DNA from: an uncultured Haliangium sp.
GTDB taxonomy: Bacteria > Myxococcota_A > Polyangia > Haliangiales > Haliangiaceae
Direction: 5' to 3'
DNA: 32,000 nucleotides
NCBI GenBank assembly: GCA_964392045.1
Contig: CAYMOR010000035.1
Location: forward strand, 38,201 to 70,200
Below, one piece after another: positions 1-12,891 of this stretch (position 1 is its first letter; the number at the start of each line of letters is the position of its first letter). The notes beneath the pieces are model-generated. The model saw only the letters and a program-made list of their open reading frames with translations, was not told the DNA's origin and did no database searches. Made by a program: the position numbers and the translations under genes.

Positions 1-31
1 GTCGCCGCACAACGCGCGCGGCTTTTCGCGC

Positions 32-1885
32 TCAGCGACTGTCGGAGCGGCCCAGCGGGTGGAGTGTGAGGTAGATCTCGCCAGCGGTGGCGGTCGCGTG
101 GCCCGGGGCGGCCGAGAGGATGACGGCGACCTCGATCAGCTCGCCGTCGTCGCCGCCGAGCGAGAGTACCCGCTTGACCGGCTGGCGCAGCGTCGCCACC
201 GCCTCCAGGTCGTGAAGCAGGTTGGGATAGACCTCCGCGAACGGGCTCTCCATGAGATGCAGCGACGAGTCGGAGTCTTCGACGCCGAGGAACTTCCAAA
301 ACGCGTGGTTGGCGAGCCGCACGCGACCCTCGCGGTTGAGCGTCGCCAGCGGGATGGGGGCGTACTCGAACACCTCGGCGGGCGCCTTGCTGCGCTGCTG
401 CGCGACGGAGCGCGATCGCTGGCGCGAGTTTCGGCTCGAACTCGACGAGCCGCGCCGCACCCGCCCGGGCAGCGGCATGCCCAGCATGTTCATCAAGGTG
501 CGCAGCTCGTACATGAAGCTGCTCACGTCGGCGTGGCGCTGCTCAGGATCTTTCGCGGTCGCGCGCGAGATGATGTCATCGACGCGCTCATCGATGGTGC
601 CCTCGAGCTGCTCGGACACTTTCGGCACCGGCCGATCGACCTGCATGCGAAACACCTGCTCGATGGAGCCGCGGAACGGCAGGCCGCCGATCAGAAGCTC
701 GTAGAACATCATGCCGAGCGCGTAGATATCGCTGTACGTAGACGGCGCGCCGCCGTAGATGCGCTCTGGCGCGAGGTATTCCGGCGTGCCCTCAATACCG
801 CCGACGTCTTTGTTCACGGTGGCGCGGGCGAGCCCAAAGTCGAGCAGCTTGGGCAGGCGGCGGCGCTCTTGGGTGCGCGTGAGCAGGATATTTTCAGACT
901 TGATATCGCCGTGAATAATCGATTGATCGTGGATGTATCGCAGTGCCTCAGCGATCTGCCAGATGATGTCACACGCGACTTTCGGGGCGAAGCGGCCCTT
1001 CTTGTACAGGCGATGAAATAAGGTCTCGCCCTTGAGCAGCTCCATGACCATAAACAGGCCGAAGCGATCGTCGGTGCCGTAATCGACGATGGTGCAGATG
1101 TTCTCATGGGACAGCGAGCTGGCCAGCTTGGCCTCGCGATCGAACATCTCGCGGATCTTGGGGTCGGTCGCGATCGGCGCCTTGATCAGCTTGAGCGCGA
1201 ACGGCTTGCCGAGCACTTCGTGGCGCACCCGCATCACGCGGCCCATCCCGCCGCGACCGATCTGGCCCTCGACCAGATAGCGACCGCCGATCATGTCGCC
1301 GCTGCGCGCGCCCCGCTGTGGCGGCGCGGCCGCGGGGGCGACCTGCGCGGGGGCGACCTGCGCGGGAGCGACCTCTTTGACGTCGTGCTGTGAGGTGCGC
1401 GCCGCATCAGACGCCGGGCCTAGCTCAGCGGCGGACGACGCGGCAGGAGAACTTGGACGCTGCCCCAAGATCGCCTGTGCATCGAGGGCGTGGGTCTCGG
1501 CCGCCGCGTCGACCTCCTCACCAGCGGCCGGCGCGTGCTGACCAACCCCCGGCGCGCTCGGCACGGCCGCCCCAGCGGCCAGCTGAGGATGGCTCGATCC
1601 ATGTCCCGCGCCCGGATGTGACCCTTGGCTCGGGTCGAGAATCACGGTTGCGTCAGGATCGTCTGGGTCATCGCGAAACGAGTCGCGCTGGCCCGCACTG
1701 GGCTGGCTGGCTGGCGGTGCATCGGGCGCCGGGGTCGCAGCCGCGCCGCCCGACTGGTGGGGGGGCGGTGTGGAGCGGAGCTTGCGCTGCTGGGCCTCAG
1801 ACGGCACAAATCGGAGCGTCGCGCGGCCCGCGAGGGTGGGCAGCAGCGAGTCTTCGAAGGGTGGATCATCAGAGCGCTGGGACAT
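32..1885 (-). CDS. Hanks-type Ser/Thr protein kinase with a low-complexity N-terminal region and a PAS-like C-terminal domain
   Basis: 617-aa ORF with the standard kinase motifs: GRGGMGRV (Gly loop), FALKLIK (VAIK Lys), [11 protein letters not shown] (catalytic loop), DFGLAR (DFG) and GTPEYLAPE (APE). About 200 aa of Ala/Pro/Ser-rich sequence precede the kinase domain. The last ~110 aa ([18 protein letters not shown]...) look PAS-like, which I have not verified. Confidence 0.9.
   Translation of the reverse strand: MSQRSDDPPFEDSLLPTLAGRATLRFVPSEAQQRKLRSTPPPHQSGGAAATPAPDAPPASQPSAGQRDSFRDDPDDPDATVILDPSQGSHPGAGHGSSHPQLAAGAAVPSAPGVGQHAPAAGEEVDAAAETHALDAQAILGQRPSSPAASSAAELGPASDAARTSQHDVKEVAPAQVAPAQVAPAAAPPQRGARSGDMIGGRYLVEGQIGRGGMGRVMRVRHEVLGKPFALKLIKAPIATDPKIREMFDREAKLASSLSHENICTIVDYGTDDRFGLFMVMELLKGETLFHRLYKKGRFAPKVACDIIWQIAEALRYIHDQSIIHGDIKSENILLTRTQERRRLPKLLDFGLARATVNKDVGGIEGTPEYLAPERIYGGAPSTYSDIYALGMMFYELLIGGLPFRGSIEQVFRMQVDRPVPKVSEQLEGTIDERVDDIISRATAKDPEQRHADVSSFMYELRTLMNMLGMPLPGRVRRGSSSSSRNSRQRSRSVAQQRSKAPAEVFEYAPIPLATLNREGRVRLANHAFWKFLGVEDSDSSLHLMESPFAEVYPNLLHDLEAVATLRQPVKRVLSLGGDDGELIEVAVILSAAPGHATATAGEIYLTLHPLGRSDSR
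1336..1375 (-). repeat. In-frame 15-bp tandem repeat (~2.6 copies) encoding (APAQV)n in the kinase N-terminal region
   Basis: The plus strand reads gcgacctgcgcgggg / gcgacctgcgcggga / gcgacctc. The protein reads [14 protein letters not shown]. Coordinates are approximate. Confidence 0.7.
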
Positions 1886-2091
1886 ATCACACGTGATTCC
1901 CTAAGCATGGAAATCGCTAGTTATGCTACCAAATTTTGGCCCATCAAGCGGCTTGATTACTGCTGAAAAGCCCGCCCTGCTGGCCGGCTGCGACGCCCGC
2001 GCGAGTGACCGCGGCGGCCAGGTACTGCGCTGACTGCGAGCATCGTTATGACCTGGCGACAGCAGCGCGTGAAAGCTGATACGGTGCAGCC

Positions 2092-2541
2092 ATGGCGATT
2101 CCAAACGTAGGCGACACCGCGCCGGACTTCGAAGTCACAGACACCGAGGGGCAGACCCATCAGCTCTCGAGCATGGTGAACAAGGGGCCTGTCATCCTGG
2201 CCTTTTTCCCCAAAGCGTTCACCCCTGGCTGACGGCGCGAACTCTCATCGTACCGGGACCGGTACGACAAATTCCAAGGCCAGAACGCCGAGATCTTGGC
2301 GGTTTCCACCGATAAAGAGACCACCCAGGCGTCATTTCGACGCGAGATCGGCGCGCCGTTCGCGTTCATCGCGGACACCGGCGGCGAGCTCACCCGCAAA
2401 TACGGCGTGAAGACCCCGCTGGTGACGTTCGCCAAGCGCTACACCTTTGTCATCGGCAAAGAGCGCAAGATCCTGCACGTAGACTCGGGCAAGAACGCGG
2501 TCGACACCGACGGCGCGATGGAAGCCTGCAGCTTGTACTGA
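2092..2541 (+). CDS. BCP/AhpC-TSA family peroxiredoxin with an in-frame TGA (2230-2232) at the peroxidatic Cys position; candidate selenocysteine protein, alternatively a TGC-to-TGA pseudogene
   Basis: ATG 2092 (first start after an in-frame stop at 2077) gives [46 protein letters not shown]. Then comes TGA, and the same frame continues as [59 protein letters not shown]...[15 protein letters not shown] to the stop at 2541. The frame was checked codon by codon: 2092, 2230 and the track ORF start 2296 are all in frame 1. FPKAFTPG-[C]-T/R-x-E is the canonical Prx active-site context. Confidence 0.7.
2248..2267 (+). promoter_or_regulatory. Candidate bacterial SECIS-like hairpin downstream of the in-frame TGA
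   Basis: tcgtaccg-GGAC-cggtacga forms a perfect 8-bp stem with a 4-nt apical loop beginning GG. The stem starts 15 nt after the TGA. The apical loop begins 24 nt downstream of the first base after the TGA (23 intervening nt), which falls inside the spacing window I recall for bacterial SECIS models. Confidence 0.45.
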
Positions 2542-2552
2542 ATCGCTTGGCA

Positions 2553-2569
2553 CGCGTCACCCGGACGCG
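2553..2569. terminator. Possible bidirectional terminator hairpin in the 29-nt gap between convergent genes
   Basis: cgcgtc-acccg-gacgcg forms a 6-bp GC-rich stem with a 5-nt loop and no U-tract. It lies between the peroxiredoxin stop (2541) and the stop of the minus-strand binding protein (2571). Confidence 0.3.
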
Positions 2570-2570
2570 G

Positions 2571-3488
2571 CTATTGCGGATAGAGCAGCGCCGAGAGCCG
2601 CGGCAACGCGACATCCACGCGCGGCCCCGGCGACATGAAGAAGCTCTCCTGCAGCACGTGAACGCGCCCAGCCGCGACCGCCGGCAGCTCGGGCAGGCGC
2701 TCCCAGTCCGCGCCCGCGCGGGCTGCGGCCTCGCCCGGCACGACGTCGAGGATGACGGTCGGCTGCGCTCGCAGCAGCTGCTCGGCCGACAGTTTCGGGT
2801 AGCGCACTTGATACCCGGCGAGGGCGTTGTCGGCGCCGACGAAGCCGAGTAGCTGATCGAGGTAGCTGCCGGGCCCAGCGGCAACCAGGTTGCCCAAGCC
2901 GCCGTGCTCGCGATCGACGACCGCGAGCACGCGCGGGCGCGGGCTGTCCGGCGCACGGGCGCGGGCTTTTTCGGCGACACTCGCGATCGCCGCATCGATC
3001 GACGCGATGGCCGCCGCCGCCGCCGCCTCACGCCCCAAAGCGGCGCCGGTTTTCGTCAGGCCAGTGCGGACATCGTCGATGGTGTGCATCGACAGCGACA
3101 GGGTCTTGACCCCGGCCGCCGCCAACCCCTCCGAGACCTCGCCCTGCACCGCGTCGGCAATAACCAGATCAGGCGCCAAGGTGACGATCACCTCGAAGTT
3201 CGGCCGCAGAAAATCTCCCACCTTGGGTAGCTCATACACTTCGGCCGGGTACGTCGAGTAGCTGTCCACGCCCACCAACAGGTCGGTGGCGTCGAGCGCG
3301 GCGACCAGCTCAGTCGCCGACGGCGTCAGCGTGACCACGCGCCGCACCGCGGGCGCTTGCTCGGCTTCCTTCGCGGTCGCGTCTGGACGCTCGCGACACC
3401 CGGTGGCGCCGCTGAGAGAACCGATCAGACACAGGAGCGGCGCGACCCACGCCAGGGCGCCCACAGGCGATCGCGACATCGACAGCAT
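2571..3488 (-). CDS. Periplasmic ABC-transporter substrate-binding lipoprotein, BtuF/iron-siderophore/haem type (Peripla_BP_2-like)
   Basis: 305 aa with a lipoprotein signal (LLCLIGSLSGATGC). VVTLTPSATELVAALDATDLLVGVDSYSTYP...LPKVGDFLRPNFEVIVTLAPDLVIA matches the B12/siderophore-binding protein N-lobe pattern. No cognate permease or ATPase gene is adjacent. Confidence 0.75.
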   Translation of the reverse strand: MLSMSRSPVGALAWVAPLLCLIGSLSGATGCRERPDATAKEAEQAPAVRRVVTLTPSATELVAALDATDLLVGVDSYSTYPAEVYELPKVGDFLRPNFEVIVTLAPDLVIADAVQGEVSEGLAAAGVKTLSLSMHTIDDVRTGLTKTGAALGREAAAAAAIASIDAAIASVAEKARARAPDSPRPRVLAVVDREHGGLGNLVAAGPGSYLDQLLGFVGADNALAGYQVRYPKLSAEQLLRAQPTVILDVVPGEAAARAGADWERLPELPAVAAGRVHVLQESFFMSPGPRVDVALPRLSALLYPQ

Positions 3489-3562
3489 CGGCGTTCAGGC
3501 CTATCACAAGCGCAGCAGCCGCGCACCTCCTCACTCGGGCACGCCGCCGACGCGCCACCACC

Positions 3563-4849
3563 GTGAGCACACTCATACCTTGCGTCGTGCGGGTCCTTCA
3601 GACCATGCTCGAGAGCGTGAGCTTTGAAACGCCGCCCACCATCCGCACCTCCATCGACGACTCGACCGCAGACAGCGCCGCGCACCGGTCTGCCGCAACC
3701 CCCGAGTATCGCCACCAGACCTCGCTGATCCGCTGGTTAGCTGCGCTGCTGCTGATCGTCGCGGGTGCGCTCATCTGGACCTTGCTCAAGCAGCCCGGCC
3801 CTCGCGCCGCGACCAGCTCGCACCACGGCGACACCGCCCTGACCACGCCTGAGCCGCGCGCGGTCACGGCCCGCGGCAACCTCGCCGATGACGAGACCGC
3901 GACCATCGAGCTGTTCCGCAGCGTGTCGCCGTCGGTCGTCCACATCACCAACCTGCAGGCCCAGCGCGACGACTTCAGCCTCAACGTGCTGGAGATCCCG
4001 CGCGGCACCGGCTCGGGCTTCGCGTGGGATGAGGACGGCCACATCGTCACCAACAATCACGTGATCCAAAACGCCGACCGCGTCGCGGTCACGCTCAGCG
4101 ACAATACCGTCTGGCCGGGCACAATCGTGGGCACAGCGCCCGAGAACGATCTCGCCGTGATCCGAATCAACGCACCTCCCGAGAAGCTCACGCCGATCTC
4201 CGTCGGCGCCTCAGTGAACCTGCAGGTGGGGCAAAAGGTGTTCGCGATCGGCAACCCATTCGGCCTCGATCAGACCCTGACGACCGGTGTCATCAGCGGC
4301 CTCAACCGCGAGATCAAGTCGGCCGCCGAGCGGCCTCTTTACGACGTCATCCAAACCGACGCCGCCATCAACCCCGGCAACAGCGGCGGCCCACTGCTCG
4401 ACAGCGCCGGGCTGCTGATCGGCGTCAACACCGCGATCTTCAGCCCCTCCGGGGCGTACGCTGGCATCGGCTTCGCGGTCCCGGCCGACACCGTCAACCG
4501 GGTCGTCCCGCAGCTCATCGCCAACGGTCGCGTCGTCACACCGGGGCTCGGCATCATCGCGCTCGACGACAGGAGCGCCAGGCGGCTGGGCCTCGAGGGC
4601 GTCGTGGTGCGGACCGTTCAGCCCAACAGCGCCGCAGACAAAGCCGGCCTGCTCGGCCTCATGATCGACTCGCTCGGGCGCCAGATGCCGCGCGATATCA
4701 TCCGCGGCATCGATGGCACCCCGCTGCGAACGATCGATGATCTGTACCGCGTCCTCGACGACAAGCGGGTCGGCGACGAGGTCACCCTGCAGGTCCAGCG
4801 CGGCAGCGAGCAAGTACCGGTCACACTCATGCTGCAAGATCTACAGTAG
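3563..4849 (+). CDS. HtrA/DegP-family (S1C) serine protease with an N-terminal TM anchor and a C-terminal PDZ domain
   Basis: The catalytic triad contexts are present: HIVTNNHVI (His), NDLAVIRI (Asp) and TDAAINPGNSGGPLLD (Ser). The TM segment is LIRWLAALLLIVAGALIWTLL. The C-terminal part is PDZ-like (GVVVRTVQPNSAADKAGL...IIRGIDGTPLRTIDDL). The track start is GTG 3563, and ATG 3605 (MLESV...) is an alternative. Confidence 0.9.
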   Translation: MSTLIPCVVRVLQTMLESVSFETPPTIRTSIDDSTADSAAHRSAATPEYRHQTSLIRWLAALLLIVAGALIWTLLKQPGPRAATSSHHGDTALTTPEPRAVTARGNLADDETATIELFRSVSPSVVHITNLQAQRDDFSLNVLEIPRGTGSGFAWDEDGHIVTNNHVIQNADRVAVTLSDNTVWPGTIVGTAPENDLAVIRINAPPEKLTPISVGASVNLQVGQKVFAIGNPFGLDQTLTTGVISGLNREIKSAAERPLYDVIQTDAAINPGNSGGPLLDSAGLLIGVNTAIFSPSGAYAGIGFAVPADTVNRVVPQLIANGRVVTPGLGIIALDDRSARRLGLEGVVVRTVQPNSAADKAGLLGLMIDSLGRQMPRDIIRGIDGTPLRTIDDLYRVLDDKRVGDEVTLQVQRGSEQVPVTLMLQDLQ

Positions 4850-4860
4850 CGAGCTGCGCA

Positions 4861-5544
4861 TCACGCGGTCGGGATCACGCCTGGGATCTGCCACTCTTTC
4901 AACAGCTGGCTGAGTTCATAGCTGCGCTCTCGCGGCGCCTGGGCCCTGCTGGCCGCAGGCCGGGCAAACGCAGTGTCACCGTTGAGCGCCTTGCGCAGCC
5001 GGACCCGCGCCTCGTGAATCCGCCACGCCACCGTCCCCGGCGAGCACGCCTGCACCACCGCCGCCTCGGCCTGGCTCAGCCCCTGCAGCGCGACCAGCAC
5101 CACCGAGGTGCGCATCGCGGCCGGCAGCTTGTCGAGCGCGGCGACCAAGCGGCGGTAGGTCTCGCGCAGCACCGCCGCGCGCTCGGGGTCGCCTTCGGCA
5201 TCAACGGCCACCGCGCGGTCGACGCGCGGATCGTCCATCGTGGTCTCGCGCCGCCGCGCCCGCGCGCGACAGACGTTGATCGAGCGATTGACCGCGATCC
5301 GATACACCCAGGTGAAGAACTCGCTGCGCCCTTGAAAGCTGTCGAGCGCCTTGTACGCCTTGAGAAACGCCTCTTGCGCAATATCGTCAGCGTCGGTCTC
5401 GCGCCCGGTGAGGTGCAGTGCCAACGCGAAGATGCGCGGGCGGTAGCGCCGCACGAGCTCGCTAAATGCACGGTCGTCGCCCGCTTTGGCGCGTACCACC
5501 AAAGCAGCAACATCTACTTCGTTATCGGGTCTCCTCGTGACCAT
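4861..5544 (-). CDS. ECF-type RNA polymerase sigma-70 family factor
   Basis: 227 aa. Region 2 reads AFSELVRRYRPRIFALALHLTGRETDADDIAQEAFLKAYKALDSFQGRSEFFTWVYRIAVN. Region 4 reads LSQAEAAVVQACSPGTVAWRIHEARVRLRKAL. The gene converges on the HtrA gene with only 11 nt between the two stops. Confidence 0.9.
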   Translation of the reverse strand: MVTRRPDNEVDVAALVVRAKAGDDRAFSELVRRYRPRIFALALHLTGRETDADDIAQEAFLKAYKALDSFQGRSEFFTWVYRIAVNRSINVCRARARRRETTMDDPRVDRAVAVDAEGDPERAAVLRETYRRLVAALDKLPAAMRTSVVLVALQGLSQAEAAVVQACSPGTVAWRIHEARVRLRKALNGDTAFARPAASRAQAPRERSYELSQLLKEWQIPGVIPTA

Positions 5545-5587
5545 GCCTACCTTAGACGTCCAACATCGCTCTAAGCTTGGAAAAATC

Positions 5588-6814
5588 TCACAACTTCAGC
5601 GCCAAAAATCCAATGACAATTAGCAGGCTCACGAAAAACAAGGCCGCGAGCCCAATCAGCGTCCACACGCGATAGTCGCGCAGTCGCGCCAGTATCGGCA
5701 ACCCGACGTCGGCGCCGCCCAACCATGGTTGGGGATCGGGTGGCGATGCGTTCATCGCGTGGCCGGGCGCGTGCGGCGGCCCAGCGTGGACCGCAGCCTG
5801 ACCAGCCCCGCTCGCCAGCGCCCGGCCACCTCGATGGGACCCGCTCGGCGCCCCGGCGGCCTCCACCACAGGTGATACGCCGCTCGCGGCCACCGCGCCA
5901 GCAGGCTGCACAGCCACCCCCACAGCCCCGCCTGGCCGCGCGACCGCGTCGCCAGCCGCCCACGCGCCCCCACTCCCGACCGGCCCCGCCGCCGCGCCAG
6001 CTGCCGCCGCTCCCCCACTCCCGACCGGCCCCGCCGCCGCGCCAGCTGCTGCCGCTCCCCCACTCCCGACCGGCTCCGCCGCCGCGCCCGCAGGCACAGA
6101 CGCCAGCGACACCTGCCCTCGCGCGGCGTGGGCCGACGCCGCGCCCGGCTGCGGCACACGTCGTCCGGGCCGCCCGCGTGCGGGCGCCGCTGCCGCGACC
6201 ACACGGGCCGCGCGCAGCGAGAAGCGAAGCGGCTCGACCCGCCCGACCGGGCGCGCGCCGTAGCGCTCCAGCAGCGGCTCGAGTGCCAGCGTGGCCTGCG
6301 CTTGATCGATCACAACCTCGGTGACCGCACCCGCGCGGAAAGTCAGCGCGATCTGCTCGGCGCCGCCCGCCACGACAACGTTACAAGACAGCGCCCGCTC
6401 ATGACACTGCGCCGCCACCTCAGACAGGCTCGCGGGCCGCCCCGCAGAGGTCCGCGACGCGCGTGTGAGCCGGGGCAGCTCCTGGCGCAGCTCGAACATG
6501 CCGTCGCGCAGCGCCAGCAGTTCATCGAGCGCGCGCTCAGCGGCGAAGTCGCCAAAGCTCACCTGCTCCACAGCGCCAGCGCGCACCAGCAGTTGGCCCT
6601 CGCGACCCCACGACGAGATTCGTATTCGACCAGTGAGCCGATGGGTCTGACACAGCGTGAGCAGCATGTCGCACGACCACTCGCTCAGCGAGCCGTCGAA
6701 CCTGGTGTGCTGCTCGCGATATGCTCGCCGACGACCCATCGCCCTCAGGATAGCAAGCTGGCTCGATCCGCCGCGAGGCAAAATAGCGCCGATACGCGCC
6801 GCCGAGCGGGCCAC
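5588..6814 (-). CDS. DUF4388 (PatA-N-like) domain protein with an Ala/Gly/Pro low-complexity repeat region and a C-terminal TM anchor
   Basis: GSLSEWSCDMLLTLCQTHRLTGRIRISSWGREGQLLVRAGAVEQVSFGD...ALDELLALRDGMFEL fits the DUF4388 pattern G-L-x3-L-x-D-L-L-Q-x5-TG-x-L. There are three 15-aa repeats, [15 protein letters not shown]. The extreme C-terminus carries a TM helix (LIGLAALFFVSLLIVIGFLALKL). The start is uncertain, with M26 at 6739 as an alternative. Confidence 0.7.
   Translation of the reverse strand: MARSAARIGAILPRGGSSQLAILRAMGRRRAYREQHTRFDGSLSEWSCDMLLTLCQTHRLTGRIRISSWGREGQLLVRAGAVEQVSFGDFAAERALDELLALRDGMFELRQELPRLTRASRTSAGRPASLSEVAAQCHERALSCNVVVAGGAEQIALTFRAGAVTEVVIDQAQATLALEPLLERYGARPVGRVEPLRFSLRAARVVAAAAPARGRPGRRVPQPGAASAHAARGQVSLASVPAGAAAEPVGSGGAAAAGAAAGPVGSGGAAAAGAAAGPVGSGGAWAAGDAVARPGGAVGVAVQPAGAVAASGVSPVVEAAGAPSGSHRGGRALASGAGQAAVHAGPPHAPGHAMNASPPDPQPWLGGADVGLPILARLRDYRVWTLIGLAALFFVSLLIVIGFLALKL
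5967..6090 (-). repeat. In-frame 45-bp tandem repeat (2 perfect-looking copies plus a diverged third) inside the DUF4388 gene
   Basis: The plus-strand unit cccccactcccgaccggccccgccgccgcgccagctgccgccgct begins at ~5967, ~6012 and ~6057. The third copy diverges after ~30 nt. Confidence 0.8.
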
Positions 6815-6847
6815 TCAGCGCGGCGTCAGGTCGCCACCAGCGCGGCG

Positions 6848-7270
6848 TCAGTTCATGAGGCGATCGCCGCTCGCGATCTCCGCGGCGAGCGTGAACGGCG
6901 CGATCACCGCGTCGAACCGCTCCCCGTCATCGCGATACATCTGATACGAGCCGTGCATGGTCCCGACGGCAGTCGTGAGCACACAACCGGAGGTGTACTG
7001 AAACGACTGCCCCGGCGCCAAGCGTGGTGTCTCCCCGACCACACCGGGCCCCTTCACCTCGTCGACACTGCCGTTGCCGTCGGTGATGATCCAGTGGCGC
7101 GTGCGCAGCTGCGCCGGATCAGTGCCCTCATTCGCGATCGCGACCGTGTAGGCGAACACGTAGCGGCTGTCGTCTGGTGACGACTGATCGGGCAGATAGA
7201 CCGACCGAACGGTGACGCGGATTCCCTGCGTAGATGCGACCGAGGTGGGCTCTGCGACCAAGTTGTTCAC
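6848..7270 (-). CDS. apaG: ApaG (DUF525) protein
   Basis: 140 aa. GIRVTVRSVYLPDQSSPDDSRYVFAYTVAIANEGTDPAQLRTRHWIITDGNGSVDEVKGPGVVGETPRLAPGQSFQYTSG is a close match to the ApaG family pattern as I remember it. Confidence 0.85.
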   Translation of the reverse strand: MNNLVAEPTSVASTQGIRVTVRSVYLPDQSSPDDSRYVFAYTVAIANEGTDPAQLRTRHWIITDGNGSVDEVKGPGVVGETPRLAPGQSFQYTSGCVLTTAVGTMHGSYQMYRDDGERFDAVIAPFTLAAEIASGDRLMN

Positions 7271-7324
7271 CCGCCGAATGTGCCGCGCGCGCAGCCCGGA
7301 CGCAAGCCCAACGGCCGGTGAAAC

Positions 7325-8482
7325 CTATTTGCTCGTGCCTTCGACGAAGCGCTTGAGCAGGTACCACTTGATGACGCGCAGCTCATCCGGCTCGGCTTCC
7401 ATGTCGTTTTCGATCATGCGGTCGATAAGTTCATCGACCTCGTCAGCGCTCTGCGGCGGACTGCTGTCGACGTCGGAGAGTTCGTGACACAGCGAGCAGG
7501 TGTCCTCGTACGTCGAGCGCGCCATCGCCTCGTCGATCTGCGCGTCGGCCAGCTCGGCGGTGGGCGGCACCGTGGCCTCATCGGCGACTGCCTCGCCGCC
7601 CTCGCCACCTTCACCGGTGCCCTCGCCGCCCTCGCCAGCAGCGCCCTCGTCGGCGGCTTCCTCGCCCTCGGCGACAGCCTCGAGCAGCGCGTCTTTGCGC
7701 TCCTCCGCCGCTCTGAGCTGCTTGAGCGATTTCTGAATATCGGGGGTAATCGCGATCAAATACGCAGTCACCTTCCACTGCTCATCTTCGAAGATGGGGT
7801 CGAATAGCGCCGGCTTCTCAGCCATCCGAGTAACCGTCCGATACCACCCCGATGGGGTCCGCGGCTTGGACAGGATGGTCTTGAGATCATGACACTTAAC
7901 GCAGTTATCGAGCAGCACAGAGCGGCCGTCGCGGAGCGCATCGGCCATGGTCAGCGCCTCGATAGACACCTCCTCTGGCAACCCAGCCATGGGCAAAAGC
8001 CGCTGCACCCGCTCGATGCTGGCGTCGGCGTAGACATCGCCGCCCGGAGCCGACTGAGCCAGCGCGCGCTCCTGAAACACAAACGGGATCGATAACCCGA
8101 GCAGCAACACCGTACACAACATAATGGTCGTACCGAGATACGGCATCCACTCCTCGAAATGGCGAAAGAAGCGCATAATCGAGATCTTCAACACCAGTAA
8201 GAAGCCGATGGTGATACCGAGGACAATGTGGGCGACGGTCCGCGGGGGGAACTCGACCTGGTATTCCCACATCCGCGGCACCATCTCCGACATGATCAGG
8301 ATGTAGACAATCACAAACAAATACCCAAGCGCTCGGTGGGTATACATAAGTGGCTTGGGGGCCGCGCTGGTGCGAGTCTTCTTATCGAACGGAAACCCCC
8401 ACAACCAGTACATGAGGAACGTGGCGGCTAAGCCCAACAGAAGAAAAATAATCCCGAGTTTCGCAATCGTTGCGCTGTCCAT
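7325..8482 (-). CDS. Membrane-anchored dihaem c-type cytochrome: 4-5 N-terminal TM helices plus two CxxCH domains joined by an acidic linker
   Basis: 385 aa. TM helices include IIFLLLGLAATFLMYWLW, ALGYLFVIVYILIMS, VAHIVLGITIGFLLVLKI and GTTIMLCTVLLLGLSIPFVF. The haem-binding motifs are CVKCH and CSLCH. The first sits in the context CHDL...RTPSGWYRTVTRM, which resembles the haem domain of quinohaemoprotein amine dehydrogenase-like proteins. That resemblance is from memory and unverified. Confidence 0.7.
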   Translation of the reverse strand: MDSATIAKLGIIFLLLGLAATFLMYWLWGFPFDKKTRTSAAPKPLMYTHRALGYLFVIVYILIMSEMVPRMWEYQVEFPPRTVAHIVLGITIGFLLVLKISIMRFFRHFEEWMPYLGTTIMLCTVLLLGLSIPFVFQERALAQSAPGGDVYADASIERVQRLLPMAGLPEEVSIEALTMADALRDGRSVLLDNCVKCHDLKTILSKPRTPSGWYRTVTRMAEKPALFDPIFEDEQWKVTAYLIAITPDIQKSLKQLRAAEERKDALLEAVAEGEEAADEGAAGEGGEGTGEGGEGGEAVADEATVPPTAELADAQIDEAMARSTYEDTCSLCHELSDVDSSPPQSADEVDELIDRMIENDMEAEPDELRVIKWYLLKRFVEGTSK

Positions 8483-8817
8483 GAGTTATCCGCGTCCTTT
8501 CAGCGACACATCGATACCAGAATTTGCCGCGTCTGCGGACGCCACCGGCGCGAAACCCGACACCACCGCCACGTGCCCCGCTCGACGTGCCCCCTATCTA
8601 CGCGCCAGGTTCACTTAGGTCACGCGAGGCGATGACGCCGCGCTGCATAGAATCGCCTGGCGCTGCCCCTATGTGCAAGTCGACACGACCAATCGCGACC
8701 GATCGCGACCCAACAGCGCGCTGCAGCGCTCGCGCGCGTGTATCACTCTGGGATATGGTTCTCCCCACGCTGGCGCGAGCGTCTTGGTTATAATGTACAG
8801 CCACACGGAAACGATAC

Positions 8818-12846
<4,029 letters not shown>

Positions 12847-12891
12847 GATCCCCTCATTGCGGGCGACAGTGAGCTTTGCGAAGATGCGCTC

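Noticed and set aside
59-1021. 320-aa plus-strand ORF, with others up to 1966, overlapping the Ser/Thr kinase gene
   Set aside because: The opposite strand encodes an unmistakable Hanks kinase. These frames have no motifs and show shadow-ORF composition.
2160-2435. 91-aa minus-strand ORF overlapping the peroxiredoxin gene
   Set aside because: The plus strand encodes a recognisable peroxiredoxin on both sides of the TGA. The minus-strand product has no motifs.
8780-8800. A TATAAT hexamer (~8789-8794) 25 nt upstream of the histidine kinase ATG as a sigma-70 promoter
   Set aside because: There is no acceptable -35 element at 16-18 nt spacing, and the TG of a possible extended -10 is offset by one. 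A single hexamer match in a 335-nt spacer is not enough to call a promoter.
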